Assembly (NCBI GenBank): GCA_035630815.1
Contig: DASQJY010000044.1
Coordinates: forward strand, 5,249-69,248
Reading direction: 5' to 3'
DNA length: 64,000 nucleotides
From: Thermoanaerobaculia bacterium
GTDB taxonomy: Bacteria > Acidobacteriota > Thermoanaerobaculia > Gp7-AA8
In this document: positions 16,299-26,384 of the stretch, piece after piece
How positions within the stretch are numbered: the stretch's first letter is position 1
Layout: each line of letters opens with the position of its first letter
The notes under the pieces: generated by a model
What the model was told of the DNA's origin: nothing
Seen by the model: only the letters and a program-made list of their open reading frames with translations
The model's database searches: none
Made by a program: the position numbers and the translations under genes

Positions 16299-18736
16299 CA
16301 CAGGATGTTCAACGGATCGACGTCGATCACGACCTCGACCCCCTTCCACTTGCGCGTGAGCAGCACCGCCTCCACCGCGCGGCGCAGGTTCGTCCGCTGC
16401 GGGGAGCGCAGCAGGATCTGGTAGCGCCAGACTGCCTTGATGCGCGCCACCGGGGCCGGGGCCGGTCCCTGGACGCGCGTACCGGTGAGCGGCTCGACCG
16501 CTTCCTCGAGCATCCTGCCGGCGTCGCGGGCTGCCCCTTCCACGTCCATCAGGCTCTCGCCGCGGAAGAGGATGGCGATCATCGAGGTGACCGGCGGGTA
16601 GTGAAACGTCTTCCGGAACTCGATCTCGGCCTGGTAGAACGACTCGTAGTCGTGGCGGAGGGCGTGCTGGATCGCGTAGTGGCCTGGGAACGCGGTCTGG
16701 ATCGCGACCTTGCCGCGCAACTCACCGCGTCCCGAGCGGCCGGCGACCTGCGTCAGGAGGTAGAACGTCTTCTCGGCGGAGCGGAAGTCGGGATAGCCGA
16801 GGATGGAGTCGGCGTTGAGGACGCCGGTGAGCGTGACGTTCGGGAAGTGATGCCCCTTGCTGAGCATCTGGGTCCCGATCAGCGCGCGCGTCTCTCTGCG
16901 GCGGAAGCGGTCGAGGATCGCCACGAGCGAGCCCTTTTTCCTGGTCGAGTCGCGGTCGAGCACTTCCACCGGCACGTCCGGGAAATCGCGGCGGAAGCGC
17001 TCTTCCACCTTCTCGGTGCCGAAGCCGATCGGCTGCAGCACTTCTCCCTGGCAGAGCGGGCACTTCGACGGGATCGGCTTGCGCAGGCCGCAGTAGTGGC
17101 AGAGCAGGAGGTTGTCGCGGCGGTGCACGGTCAACGTGACGCTGCAGTCGCGGCAGCGGAACTCGTGGCCGCATTCGCGGCAGAGCAGGTACGGCGCGTA
17201 GCCGCGGCGGTTCATCAGGATGATGGCCTGCTCGTTCGCGTCGAACGTCTCGCGCAGCATCTCCTTCAGACGCCCGCTGATGATGACGAAGCCTTTGTCT
17301 TCCTTCTCCCCTCGCTCTTTGCGCAGGTCGATCAGCTCCACCTCAGGCAGCGACCGCGCTTCGACGCGGCTCTTCATGTGCAGCAGCGTGTACTTGCCGC
17401 GCGCGGCGTTCTCGCGCGATTCGAGCGAGGGCGTGGCCGAGCCGAGGACCACCGGGATCTTGCGGTTGGCCGCGCGGACGACCGCCAGGTCGCGCGCGTT
17501 GTAGCGCGGCGTCTCTTCCTGCTTGTACGCGCCGTCGCCTTCTTCGTCGACGACGATCAGGCCGAGACGCTGGAAGGGGGTGAAGAGCGCGGATCGCGGA
17601 CCGATGGCCACGTCCACTTCCCCCCTCCGCGCGCGCCACCACTGGTCGAAGCGTTCGCTCGCCGAGAGGTTGCTGTGCAGGATGGCGATGCGCTCGCCGA
17701 AGCGCTCCTTCAGGCGCGAGGCGAAGACCGGCGTGAGCGAGATCTCGGGCACGAGCAGCAGCGCCTGCTCTCCCCGCTTCACCACTTCCCGCATCAGCTC
17801 GATGTACACCTCGGTCTTCCCGGAGCCGGTCACCCCCTGCAGGAGGAACGGCGCAAAGTCGCCGCCGATCGACGCTTTCACCGCCGCGATGGCCGCGAGC
17901 TGTTCGGCCGAGTAGCGGATCTCCCCTGCCCCCGCCTCTCCCAGTCCGGCCAGGAAGGCATCGAGCGTATGCCGTCGCGCGCGTCGCTCGATGCGCACGA
18001 CCTGCTTCTTCACGAGCGCGGAGAGCACCGCCGCGCTGACGCCGCCATGCTCGAGCGCGCGCACCGAGAGCTCGCCGCCGCGCGTCTGCAGCAGCTCGAC
18101 CGCGGCCTGCTGTTTCGGCGTCAGCCCACCGGGATCGGTCTCCAGGACGACGAAGCGGTCGTAGCGGACTCCTTCCGCGTCGCGGAAGCGTTCCCCGACC
18201 GAGATGATACCGGCGTCCTTCAAACGGTCCACGGCGCTGCGTGCGACTTTCATCTCCTCGAAGATCGTGGAGACTGGGAGCGGGCGTTTCGCCAATTCCG
18301 CTACGAGAGGGAGGTCGGATTCGAGGATCTGCTTCGATGAGAGTGCGGCGTCGATCGCTTCCGCCGAGGCGGTCAGCGTCGCCTGACGCTTGCCGCGAGA
18401 GGCCATGTTCGCCGGGAGCGCGACGCGGAGCATCTCGCCGAGCGGGGCGATGTAATACTCCGCGGCCCAGCGGCAGAGGTCGATGATCTCGGGGATGAGC
18501 GCCGGCTCGTCTTCATCGAGGACGGAGCGGATCGGCTTCATCTTCGCCGCGTCGACCGGCGTCTCGTCGAGCAGCGAGACGACGAACCCGGTGGTGGTCT
18601 TCGTGCCGAGGGGGACTTCGACGCGCGAGCCGAGCCGTACGGCGTCGCGCAGCGCGGGCGGAATGGCGTACGTGAACGTGTCGTGGACCGCGAGCGGGAT
18701 TGCGATGGCTGCGTACTCGGAGATACCGTGAGGCAT
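16298..18736 (-). CDS. priA: primosomal protein N' (replication restart helicase PriA)
   Basis: Walker A GVTGSGKTEVY, a VVDEEGD box, and the Cys-rich Zn insertion CRECGHEFRCRDCSVTLTVHRRDNLLLCHYCG. Start at MPHGISEY (18736). Confidence 0.93.
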   Translation of the reverse strand: MPHGISEYAAIAIPLAVHDTFTYAIPPALRDAVRLGSRVEVPLGTKTTTGFVVSLLDETPVDAAKMKPIRSVLDEDEPALIPEIIDLCRWAAEYYIAPLGEMLRVALPANMASRGKRQATLTASAEAIDAALSSKQILESDLPLVAELAKRPLPVSTIFEEMKVARSAVDRLKDAGIISVGERFRDAEGVRYDRFVVLETDPGGLTPKQQAAVELLQTRGGELSVRALEHGGVSAAVLSALVKKQVVRIERRARRHTLDAFLAGLGEAGAGEIRYSAEQLAAIAAVKASIGGDFAPFLLQGVTGSGKTEVYIELMREVVKRGEQALLLVPEISLTPVFASRLKERFGERIAILHSNLSASERFDQWWRARRGEVDVAIGPRSALFTPFQRLGLIVVDEEGDGAYKQEETPRYNARDLAVVRAANRKIPVVLGSATPSLESRENAARGKYTLLHMKSRVEARSLPEVELIDLRKERGEKEDKGFVIISGRLKEMLRETFDANEQAIILMNRRGYAPYLLCRECGHEFRCRDCSVTLTVHRRDNLLLCHYCGLRKPIPSKCPLCQGEVLQPIGFGTEKVEERFRRDFPDVPVEVLDRDSTRKKGSLVAILDRFRRRETRALIGTQMLSKGHHFPNVTLTGVLNADSILGYPDFRSAEKTFYLLTQVAGRSGRGELRGKVAIQTAFPGHYAIQHALRHDYESFYQAEIEFRKTFHYPPVTSMIAILFRGESLMDVEGAARDAGRMLEEAVEPLTGTRVQGPAPAPVARIKAVWRYQILLRSPQRTNLRRAVEAVLLTRKWKGVEVVIDVDPLNIL

Positions 18737-18751
18737 TCGCCGCAAGCCTAT

Positions 18752-19672
18752 ATGACGACGAACGATCGCATCGCGAAAGAGTTCTGGGACCGGGAGGTCG
18801 TGGAGCAGACGCACGTGAGCTGGATGGGCGATCCGGTCGTGCGCGCCTACATCAACGAGTCGATCTCCGGCTCCCCCGGCATGTGGCCGCTGGACTGGTT
18901 CCAGGCCTTCCTCGGCGGGCGGACGTTCGCGCGCGGCCTGAGCATCGGCTGCGGCTCGGGCGGCCTGGAGCGCGACCTCCTCGCTCGCGGCATCTGCGCG
19001 GAGATGGACGCCTTCGACGGCTCCGCGGAGTCGATCCGCATGGCCACCGAGGAAGCGGCGCGCGCCGGGTTGTCGGGCCGCTTGCACTACTCCGTCGGCG
19101 ACTTCAACGAGCCCCGCCTGCCGCGCGCCGCCTACGACATCGTCTTCGTCCACCAGGCCATGCACCACGTGGCCAAGCTCGAGAAGCTCTACCGCGCCAT
19201 CCTCCGCACGCTGAAACCGGAGGGACTGCTCTACCTCGACGAATACATCGGCCCCTCACGCCACGAATGGACGGACGAAAACTTCGCCCTCCAGCGCTCG
19301 ATTTACGACGCCCTGCCCCCCTCCGCCCGCACCATCGACCTCCTCCCGATGCCCATCCAGACGCACGACCCCTCCGAGGCCATCCGCTCCGGCGAGATCG
19401 TGCGGGAGCTGCAGGTCGGCTTCGAAGTGCTGGCCCGCCGCGACTACGGCGGCAACGTCCTCGCGACGGTCTACGCCTACACCGACGGAAGCGTGACCCG
19501 CGAGTTGCTGGACCGCGAGCGCGCGCTGCTGCGCGAGGGGGCGGAGTCGTATCACGCGGTGATCGTGGCCAGGCCTCGGCGCGCGGCGGCGAAGCTCATC
19601 GCGCGTGGGAGGTATTTCGTGGTGCCGAAGGTGAGGCGGGTACTCCGCGCGCTCCACCGGTCAGCACGATGA
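18752..19672 (+). CDS. class I SAM-dependent methyltransferase
   Basis: Motif I GLSIGCGSGGLERDL and post-I DAFDGS. Divergent from priA. Confidence 0.8.
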   Translation: MTTNDRIAKEFWDREVVEQTHVSWMGDPVVRAYINESISGSPGMWPLDWFQAFLGGRTFARGLSIGCGSGGLERDLLARGICAEMDAFDGSAESIRMATEEAARAGLSGRLHYSVGDFNEPRLPRAAYDIVFVHQAMHHVAKLEKLYRAILRTLKPEGLLYLDEYIGPSRHEWTDENFALQRSIYDALPPSARTIDLLPMPIQTHDPSEAIRSGEIVRELQVGFEVLARRDYGGNVLATVYAYTDGSVTRELLDRERALLREGAESYHAVIVARPRRAAAKLIARGRYFVVPKVRRVLRALHRSAR

Positions 19673-19702
19673 TGGCAGCAACGAAGCTTCGTGTCTTCGC
19701 CC

Positions 19703-20377
19703 TCAGATCCCCAGCTCCGCCATCACCTTCTTCATGTCGTTCCAGACGTCCTTCTTCGCCGCGGGCGTGCGGAGCAGGTACGAGGGGTGGAAGGTCGGCA
19801 TGAGCTTGATGCCGTTGTAGTCGAGCCATTGGCCGCGGACGGCGGTGATCGAATAGGCGCGTTCGGTGAGTGATTGCAGCCCGAAGCGGCCGAGGGCCAC
19901 GATCACTTTCGGCTGGATCAGGGCCACCTGGCGCTGGATGAAGGGGCGGCATTCGTCGAGCTCGTCCGGCTCCGGGTTGCGGTTCTCCGGCGGGCGGCAC
20001 TTGATGACATTGGCGATGTAGACGTCGTCGCGGGTGAGCTTCATCGCCTTGATGATGTCGGTGAGGAGCTGGCCGGCCTTGCCGACGAACGGCTCTCCCC
20101 GCTCGTCCTCGTCGCGTCCCGGCGCCTCGCCGATGAACATCAGGTCGGCGTGCGGGTTGCCGGTGCCGAAGACGACGGTCTTGCGCGTGCCGGCCAGGCG
20201 GCAGGCGGTGCAGTTGTGCGCCGCCGCGGCGAGGGCATCCCACTCGGAGACGCCGTCCGCAGCCTCGGGAACGGCGATTGTCGGGGCCACGGAGATGCGG
20301 GCGGGGACCGTGAGATCGAGATGGGTGAATCCGAGGTCGCGGAGGAGCGCGAGCTCGTGGAGCACGTCCGGGTTCAT
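19703..20377 (-). CDS. uracil-DNA glycosylase, family 4
   Basis: GEAPGRDEDERGEPFVGKAGQLL and HPSYLLR motifs. Cys ligands C..C near the N-terminus. Start at MNPDVLHE. Confidence 0.88.
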   Translation of the reverse strand: MNPDVLHELALLRDLGFTHLDLTVPARISVAPTIAVPEAADGVSEWDALAAAAHNCTACRLAGTRKTVVFGTGNPHADLMFIGEAPGRDEDERGEPFVGKAGQLLTDIIKAMKLTRDDVYIANVIKCRPPENRNPEPDELDECRPFIQRQVALIQPKVIVALGRFGLQSLTERAYSITAVRGQWLDYNGIKLMPTFHPSYLLRTPAAKKDVWNDMKKVMAELGI

Positions 20378-20438
20378 GCCGCGATTATCGTCTATACTCG
20401 CGGCCGTCCGAACGTCCTGAAAGAGAGACCACAATCAA

Positions 20439-20795
20439 ATGAAGAAGTTGACGAAGCTCGCGCTCGCGCTGCTCCTGCTCTGTTCCATGTCCGTCCCCGC
20501 GTTCGCGTCCCGCAAGGCGGACGTGAAGATCATCAACCAGAGCAAATGGGAGATCCACCACATCTTCCTCTCGTCCTCCGCGGACGAGGAATGGGGTGAG
20601 GACCAGCTCGAAGACGACATCCTCGGCAAGGGCGACTCGCTGACCCTCACCAACATCCCCTGCGACCTGTACGACATCAAGGTCGTCGACGAAGACGGCG
20701 ACGAGTGCGTGATCGAAGAGGCAGACCTCTGCCGCGACAGCAGCTACTGGAAGATCACGGACAAGGCGCTGCTGGAGTGTGAGGGGTACGAGTAG
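20439..20795 (+). CDS. small secreted protein, hypothetical
   Basis: Signal peptide MKKLTKLALALLLLCSMSVPAFA and an acidic mature part with 4 Cys. Confidence 0.5.
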   Translation: MKKLTKLALALLLLCSMSVPAFASRKADVKIINQSKWEIHHIFLSSSADEEWGEDQLEDDILGKGDSLTLTNIPCDLYDIKVVDEDGDECVIEEADLCRDSSYWKITDKALLECEGYE

Positions 20796-20800
20796 GTTCT

Positions 20801-20873
20801 TAGTTGCTGGTTGTTGGTTCAAGGGGCCGTTTCGTCAGGCGTAAAGGCACCCTCAACCAGCAACCAGCAACTA
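20801..20873. repeat. heptamer-array hairpin element, GGTTGCT family
   Basis: Arms are TAGTTGCTGGTTGTTGGTTCAAGGGG and CACCCTCAACCAGCAACCAGCAACTA. Lies between convergent genes. The last 3 nt form the coaBC stop codon. Confidence 0.85.
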
Positions 20874-22052
20874 GATTCTCGCCAGAATCAAATCCAAAAG
20901 CCGGTTCGCGATCACGCTCTTCGGCGCCTTCTCGAGCCGCGTGGTGCCCCCGTCCTTTGCGATGACGAGGACCTCGTTCTGCGGGGAGTCGAAGCCGATG
21001 GTGTGGTCGGAGACGTCGTTGGCGACGATCAGGTCCGCGCCTTTGCGCTGCAGCTTCTCGCGGGCGTTCGCTTCGACCGAGTCGGTCTCGGCGGCGAAGG
21101 CGACGATGAAGGGGCGGGGGTCGAGCCTGGCCACGTCGGCCAGGATGTCGGGGTTCTTGCGGAGGGTCAGCGTCAGCTCGTCGCTCCCCTCTTTCTTCTT
21201 GATCTTTTTGTCCGCCACGTCCGCGGCCGAGAAGTCGGCGACGGCGGCGGCCTTGATCACGACCTGGTGATGCGGAGCGGCGGCCATGACCGCGGCGTGC
21301 ATCTCCTGCGCGGTGCCGACGCGGGTCAGGTCGACGCCGGCCGGGGCGGCCATTGAGACCGGACCGGAGACGAGCGTCACGTGCGCGCCGCGCCTGCGGG
21401 CGGCTTCGGCGATCGCGTAGCCCATGCGGCCTGAGGAACGGTTGGAGATGTAGCGCACCGGGTCGAGCGGTTCGCGGGTGGGGCCGGCGGTGACGAGGAT
21501 GTGCTTCCCCTCCAGGTCGCGCGCCGCAAAGTACGACTTGACGATGCCGACCAGCACCGGCACGTCCGGCATCTTCCCCGCTCCCTCTTCGCCGCAGGCG
21601 AGGAGGCCGTTCACCGGCTCGATGATCTCCACGCCGCGAGCGCGTAACGTGGCGATGTTCTGCAGGACGGTCGGATGCGCGAGCATGTGCGTGTTCATGG
21701 CCGGGGCCACGGCCACGGCGTTGCGATGCGCCAGGGCGTAGGTGGTCAGCGCGTCGTCGGCGATGCCAACGGCGAGCTTGGCCAGCGTGTTGGCCGTGGC
21801 CGGCGCGACCAGCAGCAGGTCGGCCCAGCGCGCCAGCTCGATGTGATCGACGCCGCCGTGGCCGGGATCGCCCCACTGATCGCTGATGACGCCGTGGTTG
21901 GAGACGGCTGCGAGAGAAAGCGGAGAAACGAAACGCGCGGCGTTCGGCGTGAGGATTACCCGAACGTCCGCGCCGATGTCGCGGAGGCGGCGGACCAGCT
22001 CGGGCGTCTTGTACGCCGCGATACCGCCGGTCACTCCGAGGACGATGTTCAT
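20871..22052 (-). CDS. coaBC: bifunctional phosphopantothenoylcysteine decarboxylase / phosphopantothenate-cysteine ligase
   Basis: MNIVLGVTGGIAAYK flavoprotein N-domain and a CoaB C-domain (ISNRSSGRMG). Start at ATG 22052. Confidence 0.93.
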   Translation of the reverse strand: MNIVLGVTGGIAAYKTPELVRRLRDIGADVRVILTPNAARFVSPLSLAAVSNHGVISDQWGDPGHGGVDHIELARWADLLLVAPATANTLAKLAVGIADDALTTYALAHRNAVAVAPAMNTHMLAHPTVLQNIATLRARGVEIIEPVNGLLACGEEGAGKMPDVPVLVGIVKSYFAARDLEGKHILVTAGPTREPLDPVRYISNRSSGRMGYAIAEAARRRGAHVTLVSGPVSMAAPAGVDLTRVGTAQEMHAAVMAAAPHHQVVIKAAAVADFSAADVADKKIKKKEGSDELTLTLRKNPDILADVARLDPRPFIVAFAAETDSVEANAREKLQRKGADLIVANDVSDHTIGFDSPQNEVLVIAKDGGTTRLEKAPKSVIANRLLDLILARI

Positions 22053-22053
22053 T

Positions 22054-22148
22054 GGTGTCAGGTATCGGGTGTCAGGTGTCTGTGGCTTTGCGGCTGACGA
22101 GACATGCGCCGTGAGCCGGAAAGCCCCAGACACCAGACACCTGACACC
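22054..22148. repeat. heptamer-array hairpin element, GGTGTCA family
   Basis: Left arm GGTGTCA GGTATCG GGTGTCA GGTGTCT. An extended imperfect inner stem follows. Right arm is GCCCCAGACACCAGACACCTGACACC. It fills the whole rpoZ-coaBC gap, beginning 2 nt from the coaBC ATG. Confidence 0.9.
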
Positions 22149-22151
22149 AGC

Positions 22152-22367
22152 TTACTCCGCCGTTTCCAGCGCCGTGGTCTCTTCCGCGGGGGGCGTGAGC
22201 TGCCACTTCACCGTGTTGCGCTCGACCTCTTCCATGGCCACGCGCGTCGGTTTCACGTGACGGCTCTTCACGCGCGACGATGCTCCCTGAATCAGCTGTT
22301 CGGCCCTCTTGGACACGAGCAGCACGTAGCGGAACTTGCTGTCAATTCCTTCCGGCAGTCCTTCCAT
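22152..22367 (-). CDS. rpoZ: DNA-directed RNA polymerase subunit omega
   Basis: 71 aa. KFRYVLLVSKRAEQL is the omega signature. Downstream of gmk. Confidence 0.9.
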   Translation of the reverse strand: MEGLPEGIDSKFRYVLLVSKRAEQLIQGASSRVKSRHVKPTRVAMEEVERNTVKWQLTPPAEETTALETAE

Positions 22368-23028
22368 TGCGATCCTCCTCTTTGAATCGCTCGGCCATCC
22401 TGCCGATAGCTTCGAGCGCGGTCTTGGTCTGTAGTTTCTTCGCGATGATCGCCGCCTTGAGACATTCGGCCGCGACCTCGAGATCGTCGTTGATGATGAT
22501 GTAGTCGTAGAAGTCCTTCCCCTCGTTGATCTCGTCGATGGCCTTGCGCAGCCGCAGGTCGATCTCCGCGGCCGTGTTCAGCCCGCGCTGGTGGAGACGC
22601 CGCTCGAGCACGTCGAGCGACGGGGGGAAGATGAAGACGCTCAGCGAGCGCGGCTGCAGATCGCCGTCCTGCGCGATCTGTTTCGCTCCCTGATAGTCGA
22701 TGTCAAGGATCACATCCTGCCCCGCGGTCAGCCTGCCTACGACCTCGGAACGGGATGTCCCGTACAAATTGGCATGAACGTGTGCATGTTCCAGGAATTC
22801 CCCCGCCGCCACCATGTCGAGGAAGTGCTCGTGCGAGACATAGTGGTAGCTGATCCCCGCGATCTCGCCCGCGCGCGGCTGCCGCGTGGTGTGGGAGACC
22901 GAGAAGTAGAGCTCGATGGTGAGGGCGCGGAGGCTCTCCGTGACGCGGTTGATCAGTGTCGTCTTTCCAGCGCCGGACGGGCCCGAAATGATGAACAAAG
23001 TCCCATCCGAGTGGAAGTTACTCGACAT
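22342..23028 (-). CDS. gmk: guanylate kinase
   Basis: P-loop GPSGAGKTT and a TTRQPRAGE substrate motif. Confidence 0.93.
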   Translation of the reverse strand: MSSNFHSDGTLFIISGPSGAGKTTLINRVTESLRALTIELYFSVSHTTRQPRAGEIAGISYHYVSHEHFLDMVAAGEFLEHAHVHANLYGTSRSEVVGRLTAGQDVILDIDYQGAKQIAQDGDLQPRSLSVFIFPPSLDVLERRLHQRGLNTAAEIDLRLRKAIDEINEGKDFYDYIIINDDLEVAAECLKAAIIAKKLQTKTALEAIGRMAERFKEEDRNGRTAGRN

Positions 23029-23908
23029 TCTGTACCTGCTCGCGGATGCGCTCCACCTCCGTCTTCAATTCTACGACAAGGGTGCGGATGGCCGCCGAGC
23101 GCGACTTCGAGCCCATGGTGTTGATCTCGCGAATGGTCTCCTGCGACAGGAAGTCGAGCTTCTTCCCCGCCGCTTCCTTGCCGCCGATCGCTTTCTCGAT
23201 CTGGTCGAGGTGGTGCGCGAGCCGCGTCAGCTCCTCGGCGATGTCGCCCTTCTCCACCATGACCACCACTTCCTGGGCGATCCGCTCCTGGGAGACTTCC
23301 ACGTTGGCCGCGGCCGCGAGCTCCTGCACGCGGGCCTTGTAGGAGGCCAGCAGCTCGTCTCGCACCTGGTCGCGGAACGTGGAGAGCTGCCCGGTCAGCC
23401 CGCGGATCGACTGCACGCGCGCGGCGATGTCGTCCCGGAGCGAGACGCCTTCGCGGGCGCGCAACTCGCGCATGGCGGTGAAGGCGGCGCGGACGAGCTG
23501 ATTCAGCCCTTCCCGTTCGTCGTCCGTGATCTCGGCGTCGAGCGCTTCGACCTGCAGCAGGTCGGGGATGCGCATCAGGTCGCTGCCGGTCATCGTCGAC
23601 CCGAGGCCGAGCTCCTCGGCGATGGAGCGCAGCTGCGGGATCACGGAGTTCGCGATCTGCGTGTTGATGCGGACGTTGTACTCCGGCTGCTGCGTCCGCT
23701 GGACGCGGATCGAGAGGTCGACCTTGCCGCGCGAGAAGAACTCGGAGGCGAGCGCGCGCAGCGGCGCTTCCATGTCCCACATGTACTCGGGCAGGCGTAC
23801 CGAGACTTCGAGAAAGCGATGGTTGACGCTCTTGGTCGTCACCGTCGCGAAATAGCGCGCGGACAGCGCGCCGGAGGCACGGCCGAAGCCGGTCATCGAC
23901 TGAATCAT
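23018..23908 (-). CDS. yicC: YicC-family stress-induced protein
   Basis: [11 protein letters not shown] start and the C-terminal DUF1732-like block EINTMGSKS. Confidence 0.9.
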   Translation of the reverse strand: MIQSMTGFGRASGALSARYFATVTTKSVNHRFLEVSVRLPEYMWDMEAPLRALASEFFSRGKVDLSIRVQRTQQPEYNVRINTQIANSVIPQLRSIAEELGLGSTMTGSDLMRIPDLLQVEALDAEITDDEREGLNQLVRAAFTAMRELRAREGVSLRDDIAARVQSIRGLTGQLSTFRDQVRDELLASYKARVQELAAAANVEVSQERIAQEVVVMVEKGDIAEELTRLAHHLDQIEKAIGGKEAAGKKLDFLSQETIREINTMGSKSRSAAIRTLVVELKTEVERIREQVQNVE

Positions 23909-24527
23909 GTTTCGTTCACCCAGCGCTCTGCTTCGTCGGCCACGGCGTTCATCGCCAGCTCGACTTTCAGGCGCCACTCCTCGACGTCGCCGTCACGCGG
24001 CACGACGAACGGCTCGCCGTAGACGTACACCGATCTGGTGAACGGCCACGGGACGACCATCCGGTCCCACGATGCGAGCAACTTTTTTTTTTAGCGGCGA
24101 AAGCCATCGGCAGGATGGGCAGGCCGGTCATCTGTGCCGCAAAGACCACGCCCGGCTTGGCGACGCGCGCCGGCCCCTTCGGCCCGTCGGGCGTGAAGAC
24201 GAGATTGCTCCCCTGCTTGCGCGCCCGGCGGATGAACTCCCGCAGCGCCTCGTTCGCGCCCCGCGACGACGAGCCGCGCACGGTCCCGACGCCGTACCAG
24301 CGGAACACCCGCGCGATGATCTCGCCGTCCTTCGACCGGGAGGTCATGACGGTGATCGGATCGCGATACTTCGAGTGCAGCATCAGCAGCAGGTGCGCGT
24401 GCCAGAACGAGAGGATGTACTGGGGCGTGTTCTCGATCCGCTCCGGGTGCAGGTGCGTGGCCCGCAGCGAGCCGTTCAGCACGCGGATGAAGATCGTGGC
24501 GAGGATGTAGAGGATCTGTCTGCCCAT
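23905..24527 (-). pseudogene. DUF374 (lysophospholipid acyltransferase-like) gene interrupted by a frameshift in an A10 run (error, pseudogene or slippage site)
   Basis: The annotated frame leaves the family pattern after MAFAAKKK. The alternative frame after the run reads [47 protein letters not shown]..., a DUF374-like C-terminus. It ends in TGA overlapping the yicC ATG (ATGA at 23905-23908). Confidence 0.7.
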
Positions 24528-26384
24528 TTACGCGATCACCTCGTCATCGACGAACTGCAAGTCGTACAGCTTCCGATACACGCCGCGGCGCGCCAGCAGC
24601 TCTTCGTGCGTACCCGCCTCGACGATGCGTCCCTTGTCCAGCACCACGATCTTATGCGCACTGCGGATCGTGGAGAGCCTGTGCGCGATCACGAGCGTGG
24701 TGCGGCCGCGCATGAGGTTGTTGAGCGCCTGCTGCACGAGGCGCTCCGATTCCGTGTCGAGCGCGGACGTGGCCTCGTCGAGCACCAGGATCGGCGGGTC
24801 CTTGAACAGCGCGCGGGCGATGGCCAGGCGCTGGCGCTGGCCGCCGGAGAGCAGCACGCCACTCTCCCCCACCGTGGTGTCGTAGCCCTGCGGGAGGTTG
24901 GTGATGAACTCGTGCGCGTTGGCGGCCTTCGCGGCGTCGATGACGAGCTGCTCGTCGACGTCGCTGCGGCCGTAGGCGATGTTGTTGCGCACCGTGTCGT
25001 TGAAGAGGATCACTTCCTGCGTCACGAAACCGAGCAGGCGGCGCAGGGAGAGGAGCTTCGCGTCGCGGATGTCGACGCCGTCCACGGTGATGCGTCCCTC
25101 GGAGACGTCGTAGAAGCGCGGGAGCAGGTTCACCAGCGTCGACTTGCCGGCGCCGCTGCCGCCGACCAGGGCCACGATCTCTCCCGGGGCGACGTCGAGG
25201 TCGATGTTCTTCAGTACCGCCTCGTTGCCGTACGTGAAGGTGACCCCCGCATAGCGGATCCCCTTGCCGACGCTCTGCAGCTCGACCGCGTCCGGCTTCT
25301 CGGTCACTTCATTCGGGACGTCGAGCATCCGGAAGACGCGCTCGGCCGCGGACAAGGCGGTGTTGAGGGAGAGGTTCACCTTGTTCAGCTTCTTGATCGG
25401 CGCGTACATCAGCGCGAGCGCGGTCAGGAAGCTGACGAACTCCCCCGTCGTGAGCCGTCCCGCGGCGATGCGCGACTGCGCGTAGTAAAAGAGCGCGACC
25501 ATGCAGAGCCCGGCCAGCAGCTCCATGACCGGCGAGGTCAGCGCCTGGATGCGTTGCGCGCTCAGGTTCCAGCGCAGGTGCTTGCGCGTCGCCTCGCGGA
25601 AGCGGCCGATCTCGAACGGCTCCATCGTGAACGCCTTCACGATGCGCACGCCGCGGATCGTCTCCTCGAGCAGCGTCGCGATCTCGGCCATTCTTTCCTG
25701 GGAGCGGTGCGTGGTCTTGCGCAAGCGCTTCCCGAACTGCACCACGGGCGTGACGATCAGCGGCGCGCCGATGAGGCTGACCACTGCCAATACGGGGTTG
25801 AGGATGAAGAGGTAGACGATCAGGCCGACCAGCGTCACCGACTCCTGCAGCAGGTCGCCCATGCGCGTCGACACGGCGGCTTGGATCGCGTCGGCATCCG
25901 AGACCACGCGGCTGACCATCTCACCGGTGGAGCGCTTGGAGAAGAAGCCGTGGCTCTGGTGGATCATCCGCTCGTAGAGCTGGTTCCGGAGATCGCGCAC
26001 CGTCGAGAGGCCGACCTTCTGGAACGAATATTCGGAGGTGAACGACGTGATCGCGCGGAGGATGAAGACGATCAGCAGGATCGTCAGCACGCGCTTCCAC
26101 TTCTCGGACGGCGCGACGTCCCACCAGCGGTCGAAGCGCTGCTTGGCGCGATACACCGGCGGCAGGTTCTCGCGCAGCTGCGCCTCGGCGAACGAGAGAC
26201 GCGGGTTCTCCGGTGCGACGGTGCGCTGCACGCCGGGGGGGCTGAGCACGTCGTCGAAGAGCGGCTGCACGAGCGCGGCGAGCACCGTCTGCGTCAGGGC
26301 GAAGACGATCATCGAGCCGAAGGCGACGATCGCCCAGGCACGGTACGGCCGGAGATACCCGTAAAGACGGCGCAGGACGCTCAC
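24528..26384 (-). CDS. msbA: lipid A export ABC transporter permease/ATPase
   Basis: Six-TM exporter domain, Walker A GGSGAGKST, signature LSGGQRQRLAIARAL. Adjacent to lpxB. Confidence 0.85.
   Translation of the reverse strand: MSVLRRLYGYLRPYRAWAIVAFGSMIVFALTQTVLAALVQPLFDDVLSPPGVQRTVAPENPRLSFAEAQLRENLPPVYRAKQRFDRWWDVAPSEKWKRVLTILLIVFILRAITSFTSEYSFQKVGLSTVRDLRNQLYERMIHQSHGFFSKRSTGEMVSRVVSDADAIQAAVSTRMGDLLQESVTLVGLIVYLFILNPVLAVVSLIGAPLIVTPVVQFGKRLRKTTHRSQERMAEIATLLEETIRGVRIVKAFTMEPFEIGRFREATRKHLRWNLSAQRIQALTSPVMELLAGLCMVALFYYAQSRIAAGRLTTGEFVSFLTALALMYAPIKKLNKVNLSLNTALSAAERVFRMLDVPNEVTEKPDAVELQSVGKGIRYAGVTFTYGNEAVLKNIDLDVAPGEIVALVGGSGAGKSTLVNLLPRFYDVSEGRITVDGVDIRDAKLLSLRRLLGFVTQEVILFNDTVRNNIAYGRSDVDEQLVIDAAKAANAHEFITNLPQGYDTTVGESGVLLSGGQRQRLAIARALFKDPPILVLDEATSALDTESERLVQQALNNLMRGRTTLVIAHRLSTIRSAHKIVVLDKGRIVEAGTHEELLARRGVYRKLYDLQFVDDEVIA

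Noticed and set aside
14940-16424. 494-aa plus-strand ORF spanning the 21-nt array and antisense to the GT4 gene
   Set aside because: It begins in the tandem repeat (RERRHGH repeats are its translation) and continues antisense to a well-supported glycosyltransferase.
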